A stretch of DNA of 64,000 nucleotides. Source: Deltaproteobacteria bacterium. GTDB taxonomy: Bacteria > Bdellovibrionota > UBA2394. The notes below the pieces were generated by a model, which saw nothing but the letters and a program-made list of their open reading frames with translations, made no database searches and was not told where the DNA came from. The translations under genes were made by a program, and so were the position numbers. How positions within the stretch are numbered: position 1 is the stretch's first letter; every line of letters starts with the position of its first letter. Below, piece after piece: positions 47,978-57,455 of this stretch. The stretch spans positions 480 through 64,479 of the forward strand of contig JAFLCD010000012.1 of NCBI GenBank assembly GCA_017302715.1, read 5' to 3'.

Positions 47978-49087
47978 ATGAGCAAAATTATTTTGGTTTT
48001 CACGTTTATATTCGGATCAATTACAACCTATGCCGGTAACAATGTAGGCAACGGCGTTCCAGATATTGACGATCGTAAGGATGCAGCTTGGTTTACGAAT
48101 GTGAATGAACCAGTTCATTACTGCGTTCAAACCACTTCAGATTCAAGTGTTGATCTTGTTTTTGCTAAGCGTGAAGTTGCGCGCGCTATCGAAGATTGGA
48201 AGCGATACATTCAAGAACGTCCTGGTTTAAATAGTCCGATATCTTTGCAAACTGATTGGCGTGAAGAAGGCGTCTGCGACAATGCCGACATTCATTTCGA
48301 TATTGGAACAACTCCCAGTGACAATCACGTCGCCGAAGCGGTCAAAACTAAAATTGATCTCATTAATGGAGTGAGCAAAGGATACATCCGAGTGGCGGCC
48401 GCAGGAAGCATGACCGTTAAGGGAGGTATGCCATTTCCGAATTGGATGAAGCCCAATCATCTGTTTTCTATTTTGCTTCACGAAATCGGACATGTGATGG
48501 GTTGTGGTCATGTCGATGGAACTATTATGGATGAACGTTTGGTGCTTGCTTTACGTTTTAACAATCAAGAGAGATTGGCTTCGATAGATCAGCGACGTAT
48601 TCTTTTTTACGACAATATTGCGCCATTGGCTTACCGAGGATCGCTGGGTAACGCAGCAATCGGTTCAGATCCTGGCGGAAGTGAATCCAACTATCGAAAG
48701 CTTGCAGGACGCGAAGCTCGCGGTGACATTCGAGCTGAATATTTTCCGAATGAGGCTCTGTTAGTAATTGATGATGGTCAGGGAGCTATCAAGGTGAGAT
48801 TTGAAAGATCGCTTTCTCAGACTTCTGCGGATTTACGATTTGCTGATAGTTCCAGACGTTTTTATCGGATGAAAGAATATAGTGGAGGCGGATACCTTAT
48901 TACATCGGATCAAAACTATGGATTTGTAAATATGATGAGAGCCTTTACTCCAAATGGAGTAATTACAGTTCAGGTTTACGTAAATGCATTGGCAATTGGA
49001 CGCGATGGTCCGATTGGAATCGACTTGGTCGAGGATGGAAAATTGCTAGGTCTGTTCCGTGCGGCGCCTTATCTTGAACAACGGTGA
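47978..49087 (+). CDS. Secreted zinc metalloprotease, metzincin-type
   Basis: Signal peptide; extended zinc-binding consensus HEIGHVMGCGH (HExxHxxGxxH). Confidence 0.6.
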   Translation: MSKIILVFTFIFGSITTYAGNNVGNGVPDIDDRKDAAWFTNVNEPVHYCVQTTSDSSVDLVFAKREVARAIEDWKRYIQERPGLNSPISLQTDWREEGVCDNADIHFDIGTTPSDNHVAEAVKTKIDLINGVSKGYIRVAAAGSMTVKGGMPFPNWMKPNHLFSILLHEIGHVMGCGHVDGTIMDERLVLALRFNNQERLASIDQRRILFYDNIAPLAYRGSLGNAAIGSDPGGSESNYRKLAGREARGDIRAEYFPNEALLVIDDGQGAIKVRFERSLSQTSADLRFADSSRRFYRMKEYSGGGYLITSDQNYGFVNMMRAFTPNGVITVQVYVNALAIGRDGPIGIDLVEDGKLLGLFRAAPYLEQR

Positions 49088-49210
49088 GAGCTTCTGTTTT
49101 TGGTAGCAGTCTTATGCCAGGAGAATACGCAATAAACGGACAGGATACGGTTCCTCATCAAGGCGATTTGACTCAAACACTTGTCTTGATTTGCCTTAAG
49201 TTTGAGTTTT

Positions 49211-49232
49211 TAAGCCTGTCCCGGGACAGGCT
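49211..49232. repeat. 22-bp motif aagcctgtcccgggacaggctg containing perfect 20-bp palindrome; copy 1
   Basis: Identical 22-mer again at 52245; lies between convergent metzincin and ankyrin genes. Confidence 0.5.
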
Positions 49233-49251
49233 GCTACAGAAACTCAATTTT

Positions 49252-50457
49252 TTATTTAATCGGCAGATAATTTTTTTCTTCACGCTGATTGGCCTTTGCG
49301 CCGCGAGTTACAATAAGATCCTGCATTTTCTTCCAAGTTGCAGATGATTTATCGCCAGAATTAGAGCTTCGAATATTTTTCATATGAGTTTGAAGGCTCC
49401 AATAATTTCTTCTAATGCGATCGAGCGCTGTTTCATTTTCATCATTCAAATGATTAATGTCTGACTGAGCATCCAAAAGAGCAATCACCGTTTCGAAAGA
49501 ATTAGAATTGGTCGCAGCAAGTGAAAACGCGCTCTCTTCAGATGCGTCGACTGCATTCACATCAGCTTTATTTTTTAATAAAACTTTTACGACGGGAAGT
49601 AAGCCTTGCATTGATGCGCTTATGAGGGCCGTTCGATTGTAGTTACTGACACAGCGATTTTCGATATCGGCACCTTTTTCAATCAACAATTCAACTAACT
49701 TAGCTCGTCCTTCGATATCACCATATCCCCAGGTGGCTTCAGAAGCGATATTGAGCGATGTGCAGTTTTGCGGATTTTTAGCATTCACGTCTGCGCCTCG
49801 TTCAATAAATATTTTTGCAACTTCAAAAGTTCCAGACTGTGCGGCATTCATGAGCGGAGTTCGTATTCCTGTTCCTGAATCATCTTCGGTAACTTCAAGA
49901 TTAATTTCTTTTCTAAAATGATCTAAAATATGAATCGCAGCTAAAGATCGGTCTACTCGTGCGGTTCGTTCGTAATCATTTTGGATTTTAGATTCAAAAA
50001 TAACAGCAGAAGTAAATTTAGAACTGAGCTCACCTCGAGTATAAAGACTATCGTCTTCAGGAAAAAAGAAAGAATAGAGCCATTGTCTTGTTAGACCTTG
50101 CACAGGATTTGCTTTGGTATTTTTCCAGTCGAATTTGAATTTGTTCTCTGAATGAAGTTGAATAAAAATATCAACGATCTCAACATATCCAAGGCGAGCA
50201 GCTACATAGAATGGATTGAGTCGATTATAAAAATCTTCTTTCTGCCCGTTTGCGTGAATGAGGTTTGGACCAGCGTTGAGATCGGCGCCCAACTCAACTG
50301 CTTTTTTAAAACAGGCGATATCGCCAAATTTTGCGGCGTAAAAAGGTGAAGGAGTTTCTATTTTGCAATCATCTGATTTCGGCAGAGATTTTTCTTGGGC
50401 TGAAAGATTGCTAAATAGATTAAAACTAGCGGCAAATACGAATAAAAGTCTGAACAT
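49252..50457 (-). CDS. Secreted ankyrin-repeat protein
   Basis: Signal peptide MFRLLFVFAASFNLFSNLSAQ; multiple ANK repeats (TPLMNAAQSGTFEVAKIFIERGADVNAKN, ...). Confidence 0.75.
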   Translation of the reverse strand: MFRLLFVFAASFNLFSNLSAQEKSLPKSDDCKIETPSPFYAAKFGDIACFKKAVELGADLNAGPNLIHANGQKEDFYNRLNPFYVAARLGYVEIVDIFIQLHSENKFKFDWKNTKANPVQGLTRQWLYSFFFPEDDSLYTRGELSSKFTSAVIFESKIQNDYERTARVDRSLAAIHILDHFRKEINLEVTEDDSGTGIRTPLMNAAQSGTFEVAKIFIERGADVNAKNPQNCTSLNIASEATWGYGDIEGRAKLVELLIEKGADIENRCVSNYNRTALISASMQGLLPVVKVLLKNKADVNAVDASEESAFSLAATNSNSFETVIALLDAQSDINHLNDENETALDRIRRNYWSLQTHMKNIRSSNSGDKSSATWKKMQDLIVTRGAKANQREEKNYLPIK

Positions 50458-50588
50458 TTGAGCTCCTTAAAATTTGATTGGCGTAGTCATATACCAAGTT
50501 GGGTCAAGCGCAAACCCCTCAATTGGAGCTGATTTGAAGGGTAGGCCAAAGTTCTATAAATACATGTACTTTGTTTTTTTTAAAGGCT

Positions 50589-50891
50589 TCAGGCCGCTTT
50601 TGGTGGAGCCATTTCGAGACCTGCAGCAGCGATGATTTTTACGAGCAAATCGCAAGAGACACTTACAGATGCTCCATTTTTTACAGCTGATATCTTGCTG
50701 CGAGCGACGCCCGAGCGTTTAACAATTTCATTTACGGTCAGCTTGGATTTTTCGATGGCTTTTACTGCTAGAGTCGTGAGGCGAGCTTTATATTTCATCA
50801 GCGCTGTATCGCTTTCAGAGAGACCAAGAATTTTGCCGAGTTCGTTAGCATCGCGTGCTAAGACATAATTTTTCTTTGATCCATTTTTCAT
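50589..50891 (-). CDS. higA: HigA-type antitoxin (XRE-family HTH)
   Basis: HTH LTVNEIVKRSGVARSKISAVKNG; downstream of and 4-bp overlapped by toxin gene. Confidence 0.6.
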   Translation of the reverse strand: MKNGSKKNYVLARDANELGKILGLSESDTALMKYKARLTTLAVKAIEKSKLTVNEIVKRSGVARSKISAVKNGASVSVSCDLLVKIIAAAGLEMAPPKAA

Positions 50892-51223
50892 AAACTTAGT
50901 TCCTCTTTAAATGCCTTTAATCTTTTCTTTCCGGTTTCAATTTCAAAATGAGGAGTCTGCTGAGTTTTTTTATTAAATCCATGAAACACCAAAATTCCTG
51001 TGTTTACTTGGATCACAAAAAACGCGCGATAAATTCCGTTTGCATCCTTCACTCGAATCTCCGACGCTCCTTTAGCGACTGCGGGGATCGGCTTTACATC
51101 CGGCATGCCTATCGATTCGCCTAGCTGCAGTCGTGTTAACACGCTTCCCAGTTCCTTCCGAATCTTAACGGGCCAATACTTAATTTCACGCTGAGCGGGA
51201 CCGTAAATCAGTACATTACGCAT
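50888..51223 (-). CDS. higB: HigB/RelE-superfamily toxin (phage Gp49-like)
   Basis: MPDVKPIPAVAKGASEIRVKDANGIYRAFFVIQ...FHGFNKKTQQTP typical of Gp49-like killer proteins; toxin-first order. Confidence 0.6.
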   Translation of the reverse strand: MRNVLIYGPAQREIKYWPVKIRKELGSVLTRLQLGESIGMPDVKPIPAVAKGASEIRVKDANGIYRAFFVIQVNTGILVFHGFNKKTQQTPHFEIETGKKRLKAFKEELSL

Positions 51224-51237
51224 CGCAGGACTTTCTT

Positions 51238-51266
51238 AATGTCCCATAAAAGGGACATTTTGTCAA
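51238..51266 (-). promoter_or_regulatory. Perfect inverted repeat aatgtccc-N6-gggacatt adjacent to TTGACA (minus strand) upstream of higB: putative operator/promoter
   Basis: Palindrome 15 nt upstream of higB start codon; -35-like hexamer immediately upstream on the coding strand. Confidence 0.35.
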
Positions 51267-51437
51267 ATGGACTAATGAACGTGGTGAGTAAAAAGAATTT
51301 GAACGAATTAAAATTTTTTTAAGGCTAGGCTTCATTGCGTCTAGTGGCTGAAGCCTAATTTTTGAGCAATAAAAAACTTATCTTTGTAGGCTTTAATAAT
51401 TGATCGTTTTCCAGATACAAGCTTAGATTTCGACGGC

Positions 51438-52202
51438 ATGAAATGCTCCTTTAAAATTTTAGCTAATTTTATATTTTTGCTTCCGTTTTTGGTGGGTTTT
51501 TCTCGAATCGAAGCCGACTGTCCTGATGTTGCCGCTTCCATATCTAAAACATCACGTAAAGATGAACTCAGAAAAAATATTGCAGACCATTTAAAGGACT
51601 TTGGAAATTCGACTTTAGTTATTCCTCTGCCTAATCAAATTTCAGGTGTTTCTGAACAAATTCGCTCGGCGAGTGAAATGACCAATAAGCTTTTTTCTGA
51701 TTTCAAGGCATTTGAAAAATTTTTATCCGACATCATCGATGAAATGGATGCCAAAATACAGCATTCTGAAGATAGATCAGAGGAAGCAGCACTACTTGAA
51801 GTCCTTAAGGCGCGAGCGAAAAAGCATGGATGGAATGAAATTAAATTGGTTCCGTCTTTTCTTCGCGACGAAGCTTTTCGAACAACGATAGTTGGAAGCG
51901 GAGATCTTTATGGCGAATCTAATAATTTTCATCCGCAGCATACTCGTCATGTCCATCTCCTTCAGTTTCTTTTTTTGGCAGAACATATGGACGGTATCCA
52001 TGGAGTTGGCTTCACTCGCGCTTTCATTCAAAAATTAGCCGAAGAGGAAAATTATTTTTTATGGATATTTCTTTTTGATGAACGCCCACCCGCTTTCATG
52101 AAAGGGGAGTATCAAGGACAATTGAGAAATCCAGCCACTTTCGACTTTTTGTATTTAAATTCGGTCCTGCCTTTAGATAAGGTGCTTAATCTGCTGAAGT
52201 AA
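51438..52202 (+). CDS. Secreted hypothetical protein (254 aa)
   Basis: Signal peptide MKCSFKILANFIFLLPFLVGFS; no family recognised. Confidence 0.4.
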   Translation: MKCSFKILANFIFLLPFLVGFSRIEADCPDVAASISKTSRKDELRKNIADHLKDFGNSTLVIPLPNQISGVSEQIRSASEMTNKLFSDFKAFEKFLSDIIDEMDAKIQHSEDRSEEAALLEVLKARAKKHGWNEIKLVPSFLRDEAFRTTIVGSGDLYGESNNFHPQHTRHVHLLQFLFLAEHMDGIHGVGFTRAFIQKLAEEENYFLWIFLFDERPPAFMKGEYQGQLRNPATFDFLYLNSVLPLDKVLNLLK

Positions 52203-52244
52203 ATTTAAGAAAACTATTCAAAGAGAAGTCGTCTAATGTACCGA

Positions 52245-52266
52245 AGCCTGTCCCGGGACAGGCTGT
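52245..52266. repeat. 22-bp palindromic motif aagcctgtcccgggacaggctg, copy 2
   Basis: Identical to 49211..49232. Confidence 0.5.
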
Positions 52267-52384
52267 GTCTGGCTTATTATTTATGCCTTATACTATCCAT
52301 ACCCGCACCCATTGACCCTATCGAGATCTCGAGGTAGTCATGAGCCAATTTTTAGCCCCGACGCCTTAAAATAAGGAGCATCTC

Positions 52385-54139
52385 ATGAAGAAAATTTACC
52401 TATCGTTTTCGTTTTTAATTATTTCTCTCTTTTTAAATTCTTATGCGGCTGTGCATGCGACGGCTAAGGGGCCGATTCCATTTGCGGTAAATCAAACTGA
52501 AGATCAGCGAAAAACTTACGAAGCTTTCACCGACAAAATGATTATTGCTACGCAAGGAACAGAAAGCACTAAGGCAGCGATAGAAATTTATGCAAAAGGC
52601 GGCAATTTAATCGATGCGGCCATTGCGGCTTCGTTTGTGATCAGCGTTGAGCGCCCACAATCGACGGGCCTTGGCGGCGGCGGCTTCATGCTTTTTCATG
52701 ATGCAAAGTCTGGCAAAGATTACGCGATTGATTTTCGCGAGCGTGCACCTCTAGCTGCAACTGAAAAAATGTTTCTCGATGCTAAAGGAGAAATCATCCC
52801 TGATTTATCAACAGAAGGAATTTTATCCGCTGGAACCCCTGGTCTCGTTGCGGGACTTTGGGAAATCCACCAAAAATTCGGAAAACTTCCTTGGGCTGAT
52901 TTAGTTAGGCCAGCCATTCTTCTCGCCGAAAAAGGAGTAGTAGTTTACCCGCATTTAGCGACTGCGATGAAGACTCAAAAAGATGTGCTTTCAACTTATT
53001 CTTCTACAAAGAAAATTTTTCTCAAAGAAAATGGCGATCTTTATTTAGAAGCTGAGTCGATTGTCCAAAAAGATTTGGCAAATACACTTCGTTTGATTGC
53101 CAAAGATGGTGCAAAAGCTTTTTATCAAGGTCCGATCTCAAAACAGATCGTCGCCGAATTTAAAAAACATAAAGGCTTAGTCACTGCTAAAGATTTGGCG
53201 GATTACAAAGTTCATTGGCGCGAACCTGTGCGCGGTACTTATAAAGGATACGAAGTTCTTTCGTTTCCTCCTCCAAGTTCTGGGGGAGTTCACATCATTG
53301 AAATCCTCAATATTTTAGAGAACGATAACTTAAAGCAAATGGGACCCTGGTCTAAGGACGCTCTTCATCTAACAGTGGGGGCAATGCAGCTTGCATTCGC
53401 CGATCGCGCCCAATATTTAGGCGATCCTGATTTCGTGAAAGTTCCCACAAAAGGTTTAACCTCAAAATCTTACGCCGCTGATCAACGAAAAAAAATTCCT
53501 GCGGATCGCGCATTGAAAGCTGACGAAGTGGCAGCAGCAAATGCTCCCGGATACGAAAGTTCTGAGACAACGAATTTTTCTTTGATGGATGCTGATGGTA
53601 ACGCCATCATTTCAACGCAGACGTTGAATGGCTATATGGGTTCGGGCGTTGTCGTCGAAGGCGCAGGATTTTTGCTCAACAATGAAATGGACGATTTCTC
53701 GGCAAAACCTGGCAGCAGCAATATGTACGGCGCGGTTGGCGGAACTCCAAACTCAATCGCTCCTTTAAAAACTCCACTCTCAAGTATGTCTCCAACGATC
53801 GTGCTTAAAAACAATAAGCCTGTGCTTGGACTCGGCGCACCTGGTGGCACAAAAATTATCACCTGTGTCACTCAGACGATTTTAAATTATTTGGAATACG
53901 GTTTACCACTTTATGATTCAGTCGCTGATCTGCGTTTTCACCATCAATGGAAACCAGACGAACTTTTACTCGAAACACCTGGACCATCCGCTGAAGTCGT
54001 CGCTCAATTAACGGCACTTGGTTATACGCCAAAAGTCGGCGCGATCTCTTGCAAAGTGAATGCGGTTTCTCGTGAAAGCGATAACAAACTTCATGGAGTT
54101 GCCGATCCCCGAGATCTTGGTGCAGCGAGCGGATTATAA
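52385..54139 (+). CDS. ggt: Gamma-glutamyltranspeptidase
   Basis: Signal peptide; autoprocessing/nucleophile Thr in ...SETTNFSLMDADGNAI; GGT small-subunit GxxGGxxI motifs; strong SD AAGGAG. Confidence 0.85.
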   Translation: MKKIYLSFSFLIISLFLNSYAAVHATAKGPIPFAVNQTEDQRKTYEAFTDKMIIATQGTESTKAAIEIYAKGGNLIDAAIAASFVISVERPQSTGLGGGGFMLFHDAKSGKDYAIDFRERAPLAATEKMFLDAKGEIIPDLSTEGILSAGTPGLVAGLWEIHQKFGKLPWADLVRPAILLAEKGVVVYPHLATAMKTQKDVLSTYSSTKKIFLKENGDLYLEAESIVQKDLANTLRLIAKDGAKAFYQGPISKQIVAEFKKHKGLVTAKDLADYKVHWREPVRGTYKGYEVLSFPPPSSGGVHIIEILNILENDNLKQMGPWSKDALHLTVGAMQLAFADRAQYLGDPDFVKVPTKGLTSKSYAADQRKKIPADRALKADEVAAANAPGYESSETTNFSLMDADGNAIISTQTLNGYMGSGVVVEGAGFLLNNEMDDFSAKPGSSNMYGAVGGTPNSIAPLKTPLSSMSPTIVLKNNKPVLGLGAPGGTKIITCVTQTILNYLEYGLPLYDSVADLRFHHQWKPDELLLETPGPSAEVVAQLTALGYTPKVGAISCKVNAVSRESDNKLHGVADPRDLGAASGL

Positions 54140-54159
54140 TTTTTAAATTTAAGGGAAAA

Positions 54160-54726
54160 ATGACAATGAATAAAAAATATTTTTCAATTTTACTAAACTT
54201 TTTCTTTATCTCTGGAGCAGGCTTAATTTTGGCTGAAGAAGATCCAAAAGCTTCAACCGAATTTAATTTTCAAGAGCAGATTGAAATGAAAACGGCGGCT
54301 GGTGATCGAGTGAATTTAAGTCGGCAAGATATCTATGCCGCGTATTTTGTGCATCGAATTTATCTCAAGACCCAGATTAAAATTGAAAAGGTAATTGTTG
54401 AAGGCGGAGAGGTAACATTTTCAGGTGTTTCTTATCGGCTGAACGACGAAGATTTAAAAATTTCTACATTTGCGAGCTCAGGTGGATTTTTAGGTCTTAG
54501 CTATCCCGAGGTTCCATCTATACTTTGTACAATGCTTGGGCTGACTCCATTTCCTGACAAAACTCGGGTTTATAAAATTTATGAAACATTCGATCGAGCA
54601 GTACCACTCACGGAACCCATCGCTGAGTTTGATAGTAAAGCAATATTTAAAAAGAGACATGAAAAGCGATCTCAGCCAGGAACAATGTTTAGCCAGGGGC
54701 TGGCCTCCTTCACATGCGGATTATAA
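54160..54726 (+). CDS. Secreted hypothetical protein
   Basis: Signal peptide MNKKYFSILLNFFFISGAGLILA. Confidence 0.35.
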   Translation: MTMNKKYFSILLNFFFISGAGLILAEEDPKASTEFNFQEQIEMKTAAGDRVNLSRQDIYAAYFVHRIYLKTQIKIEKVIVEGGEVTFSGVSYRLNDEDLKISTFASSGGFLGLSYPEVPSILCTMLGLTPFPDKTRVYKIYETFDRAVPLTEPIAEFDSKAIFKKRHEKRSQPGTMFSQGLASFTCGL

Positions 54727-54801
54727 TTTTAAGGAGTTCAATCATATGAAAAATTTTGTTATCAGTACTTTCAATCTGAAATGACAGATGAGTAGGGTGA
54801 T

Positions 54802-55395
54802 ATGAGCAAATTTTATTTTCTTTTAGCCTTTTTCTTTTACGCGAATGCTGCATACTCCATGCCACGTTCTCCGGGCGACGCAGTGGGCTTTTTAGGTCTC
54901 AGTGGTGATCTCAAGCAAAGAACAAGTTGCTATCTAACTCTTATTCAACTTTACAATCGAAGTTTTGAACCTTCAAATCTCTCTCAGTCGTTTCAGGCAG
55001 ATTTCAGTTTGCTCGACTTGTATCGTCAACAAAAACATCTTTTGTTTCGCTTTCCCTATATTGCGCGTGGAACGATGGGCTCCGATTGGTTCGTCGCTGC
55101 TTCGGACGCTTTGACTGACAAGGACCAAAAAATATTATCGCTTCATCATTTCGAGTTATCATTTGTCTCCGATGAAAGATTCCAATTTGGTCTTCGACAT
55201 ACACGGTTTATAAACCATCAGGGCTCTGCGGTCGCAAATCCAAAAGAGATTTTATTTAAAGGTATCGTCATCGCGATCTACGATCCTGCTGCCCTAACGA
55301 AAATGCAGCAGGATATAAAAGAAAACATTCAATCTCAAAAACCACTGCCGAAAGAGCTTATAGAACAAGCTCAAGATGCAGTGACTTTTCCTTAA
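54802..55395 (+). CDS. Secreted hypothetical protein
   Basis: Signal peptide MSKFYFLLAFFFYANAAYS. Confidence 0.35.
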   Translation: MSKFYFLLAFFFYANAAYSMPRSPGDAVGFLGLSGDLKQRTSCYLTLIQLYNRSFEPSNLSQSFQADFSLLDLYRQQKHLLFRFPYIARGTMGSDWFVAASDALTDKDQKILSLHHFELSFVSDERFQFGLRHTRFINHQGSAVANPKEILFKGIVIAIYDPAALTKMQQDIKENIQSQKPLPKELIEQAQDAVTFP

Positions 55396-55397
55396 TT

Positions 55398-55871
55398 TTA
55401 TTTTTCTAATAAACTTCTGAGCATCCACGCTGTCTTTTCGTGGGTTTGCATTCGTTGAGTGAGAAGATCTGCGCTGGGTTCATCGTGAGCTTCGTCGACA
55501 AGTGGAAAAATTTTTCGAGAGGTGCGAATTACTGCTTCTTGGCCTTCAACTAAAATCTCAATCATCTTTTTAGCGTTAGGAACTTTACGAACTTCTTTAA
55601 TCGAAGAAAGTTCTGCAAATTCTGAATAAGTTCCTGGAGCAGGAAAACCGAGAGCGCGAATTCTTTCGGCGATGAGATCAACAGCAAGAGCGAGTTCATT
55701 GTACTGAGTCTCAAACATTAAATGCAAAGTCTGAAACATAGGACCTGTAACGTTCCAATGAAAATTATGGGTTTGAAGATAAAGGGTATAAGTATCCGCG
55801 AGAACCTTTGAAAGTCCTGCCGCGATTTCTTTTCTGTCTTTTTCTTTAATGCCGATGTCGATTTTTTTCAT
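55398..55871 (-). CDS. dps: Dps (DNA-binding ferritin-like protein)
   Basis: ...[34 protein letters not shown]... ferroxidase-site residues. Confidence 0.8.
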   Translation of the reverse strand: MKKIDIGIKEKDRKEIAAGLSKVLADTYTLYLQTHNFHWNVTGPMFQTLHLMFETQYNELALAVDLIAERIRALGFPAPGTYSEFAELSSIKEVRKVPNAKKMIEILVEGQEAVIRTSRKIFPLVDEAHDEPSADLLTQRMQTHEKTAWMLRSLLEK

Positions 55872-55890
55872 AGGGCAGACCTTAACACAA

Positions 55891-56499
55891 TTAGGATAAA
55901 AAGCCGTAGTTTTTAAGAATGGATTCTAAGGTGGAGGCGTTATCCACCGATTGCTCGCCGTGAAAGCCGAGTTTACGCGCGGTTTCTAAATTTGCTTCAC
56001 GATCGTCAATAAATAGAAAGTCGTGTGGTTGATACTTTGGCAGCTCCGCTAACATTCTTTCGTAGATTTCTACTTCGGGTTTTCGCGAACGAAGTTCATA
56101 GCTTTTGAAAATTTTGATAAACGGTTTCATCACCGGCAAAGTTTGCACATAATCAGCGTGGGTGATGCTTATATTTGAAAGTGCGTACAAAGGAATTTTA
56201 TTGGCAACGACTGCAGAAATTATTTTTTCAATTCCATCGAGAGGTTTGTGAACGATGTAGTTGAAAGCTTCTTGAAAAGCGTGCGGATTAAATTTCTTTT
56301 CAACCCTCTCTTCAAAGCCCGCTTGAAATGCTGCCAAATCGATATCGCCTCTTTCAAATCGGTCGTAGATTTTCCAATATTGAAAATCCGTGAACTTTTC
56401 GGATAGACCCAGGTGTTTGATCATTTGAGTCCATTGGACATCAAAAACGACGCCGCCGAGGTCGAGTAATAGAACTTTGGGCTGTGGGTGATCGAGCAT
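55891..56499 (-). CDS. HAD-family hydrolase
   Basis: Motif [11 protein letters not shown]-terminal [16 protein letters not shown]; internal start chosen over ORF-track start 56643. Confidence 0.55.
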   Translation of the reverse strand: MLDHPQPKVLLLDLGGVVFDVQWTQMIKHLGLSEKFTDFQYWKIYDRFERGDIDLAAFQAGFEERVEKKFNPHAFQEAFNYIVHKPLDGIEKIISAVVANKIPLYALSNISITHADYVQTLPVMKPFIKIFKSYELRSRKPEVEIYERMLAELPKYQPHDFLFIDDREANLETARKLGFHGEQSVDNASTLESILKNYGFLS

Positions 56500-56630
56500 A
56501 ACTCTGCAAAGATTGCAGACGAGGACGAAAATGGCCACTGAGATTTTACTTAAAATCGCTTGTGAGGGCGTGTATAAGGGTTTTAGCCCTGGCACGCTTG
56601 TTGCTCTTTTAAAAGTCAACGAAAGGGAAC

Positions 56631-57046
56631 CTGTGAAAAACACGACCTTAAAAATTTCAATTTTGGTCTCTTCGCTAAGCTTGCTTTTAGTAGCTTGTGG
56701 TGAGCAGGGAAGTTCTGTTCCGGTGGTTCCTTATGGAGCAACGGGCGGAATCTCAGGTCGTTGGGTTTTAGATTCAGTCGATGGGCAATCGGTTGCCATT
56801 CAAAATTCTGCCACTATGGAAATTCAATATGCCGAAACTTCCGGTCAGTCGATAGGAGTAGTTGTCGCGATTCTTCAGGAAGACGGAAGTTTGAAATTAG
56901 GCGAAAGCCATCCTGCTTATTCAGTTTCAGAAGCCGCCGAAAATTTTAAAGCTGTGCAATTGGCTGTTCAAGCTTCGCCAACACCTGAACATGTGGACGG
57001 CAAACTCCGCATTCAAAATTTAGAATTTGTTCCTGAATTAAATTAA
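56631..57046 (+). CDS. Hypothetical lipoprotein
   Basis: Lipobox LLLVACGEQ; start uncertain (GTG at 56631 or upstream ATG 56513). Confidence 0.35.
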
Positions 57047-57322
57047 TCAAGTATTTACGAGATCGCGAAGTTCTTTTCCGACTTTGAAAAAGGGAAGTCG
57101 TTTAGGAGCGACGTAGATCGTCTCACCCGTGCGAGGGTTTCGACCTTGGTACTCTTCATATTTTCGCGAGACAAAACTTCCAAATCCTCTGATTTCAATT
57201 CGTCCATCGTCGGCGAGAGTATCTGCCATTGATCCAAAAATTACATTCACAACGGCTTCTGCACGTTTGCGTGGCATATTTGTTTTTTGGGCAACTTGAT
57301 CAATGAGTTCGGATTTGTTCAT
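57047..57322 (-). CDS. ihfB: Integration host factor beta subunit
   Basis: MNKSELIDQVAQK...RIEIRGFGSF...GRNPRTGE...FKVGKELRD matches IHF-beta. Confidence 0.75.
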   Translation of the reverse strand: MNKSELIDQVAQKTNMPRKRAEAVVNVIFGSMADTLADDGRIEIRGFGSFVSRKYEEYQGRNPRTGETIYVAPKRLPFFKVGKELRDLVNT

Positions 57323-57455
57323 GATATTCATAGTTTAACCGATCCGCAGAAGCGCTCAAGCCGCGACGCCCCGTCGCGCATTTTGGTGCAGATTTTTCTA
57401 AAAATTTAGTCTCAGTGCGGCAGAGAAATTCAGTATAGTGGGAGGATTGAATCGA

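Noticed and set aside
49084-49347. 87-aa ORF overlapping metzincin stop and ankyrin 3' end
   Set aside because: Spans the palindromic terminator-like motif and the convergent gene end; likely non-coding
51341-51541. 66-aa minus-strand ORF overlapping start of 51438..52202
   Set aside because: Conflicts with a longer signal-peptide ORF on the + strand; no RBS or homology recognised; a 32-aa internal version (MPSKSKL...) cannot be excluded but unsupported
52290-52320. Palindrome tcgagatctcga upstream of ggt
   Set aside because: Short restriction-site-like palindrome; no flanking evidence of regulatory role
57375-57400. Hairpin gcgacg-cccc-cgtcgc followed by ATTTTGG on + strand upstream of tRNA-Arg
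   Set aside because: No + strand transcript is expected to end here (previous + gene ends 57046 with ihfB in between); more likely part of divergent promoter region, and the T-tract is short
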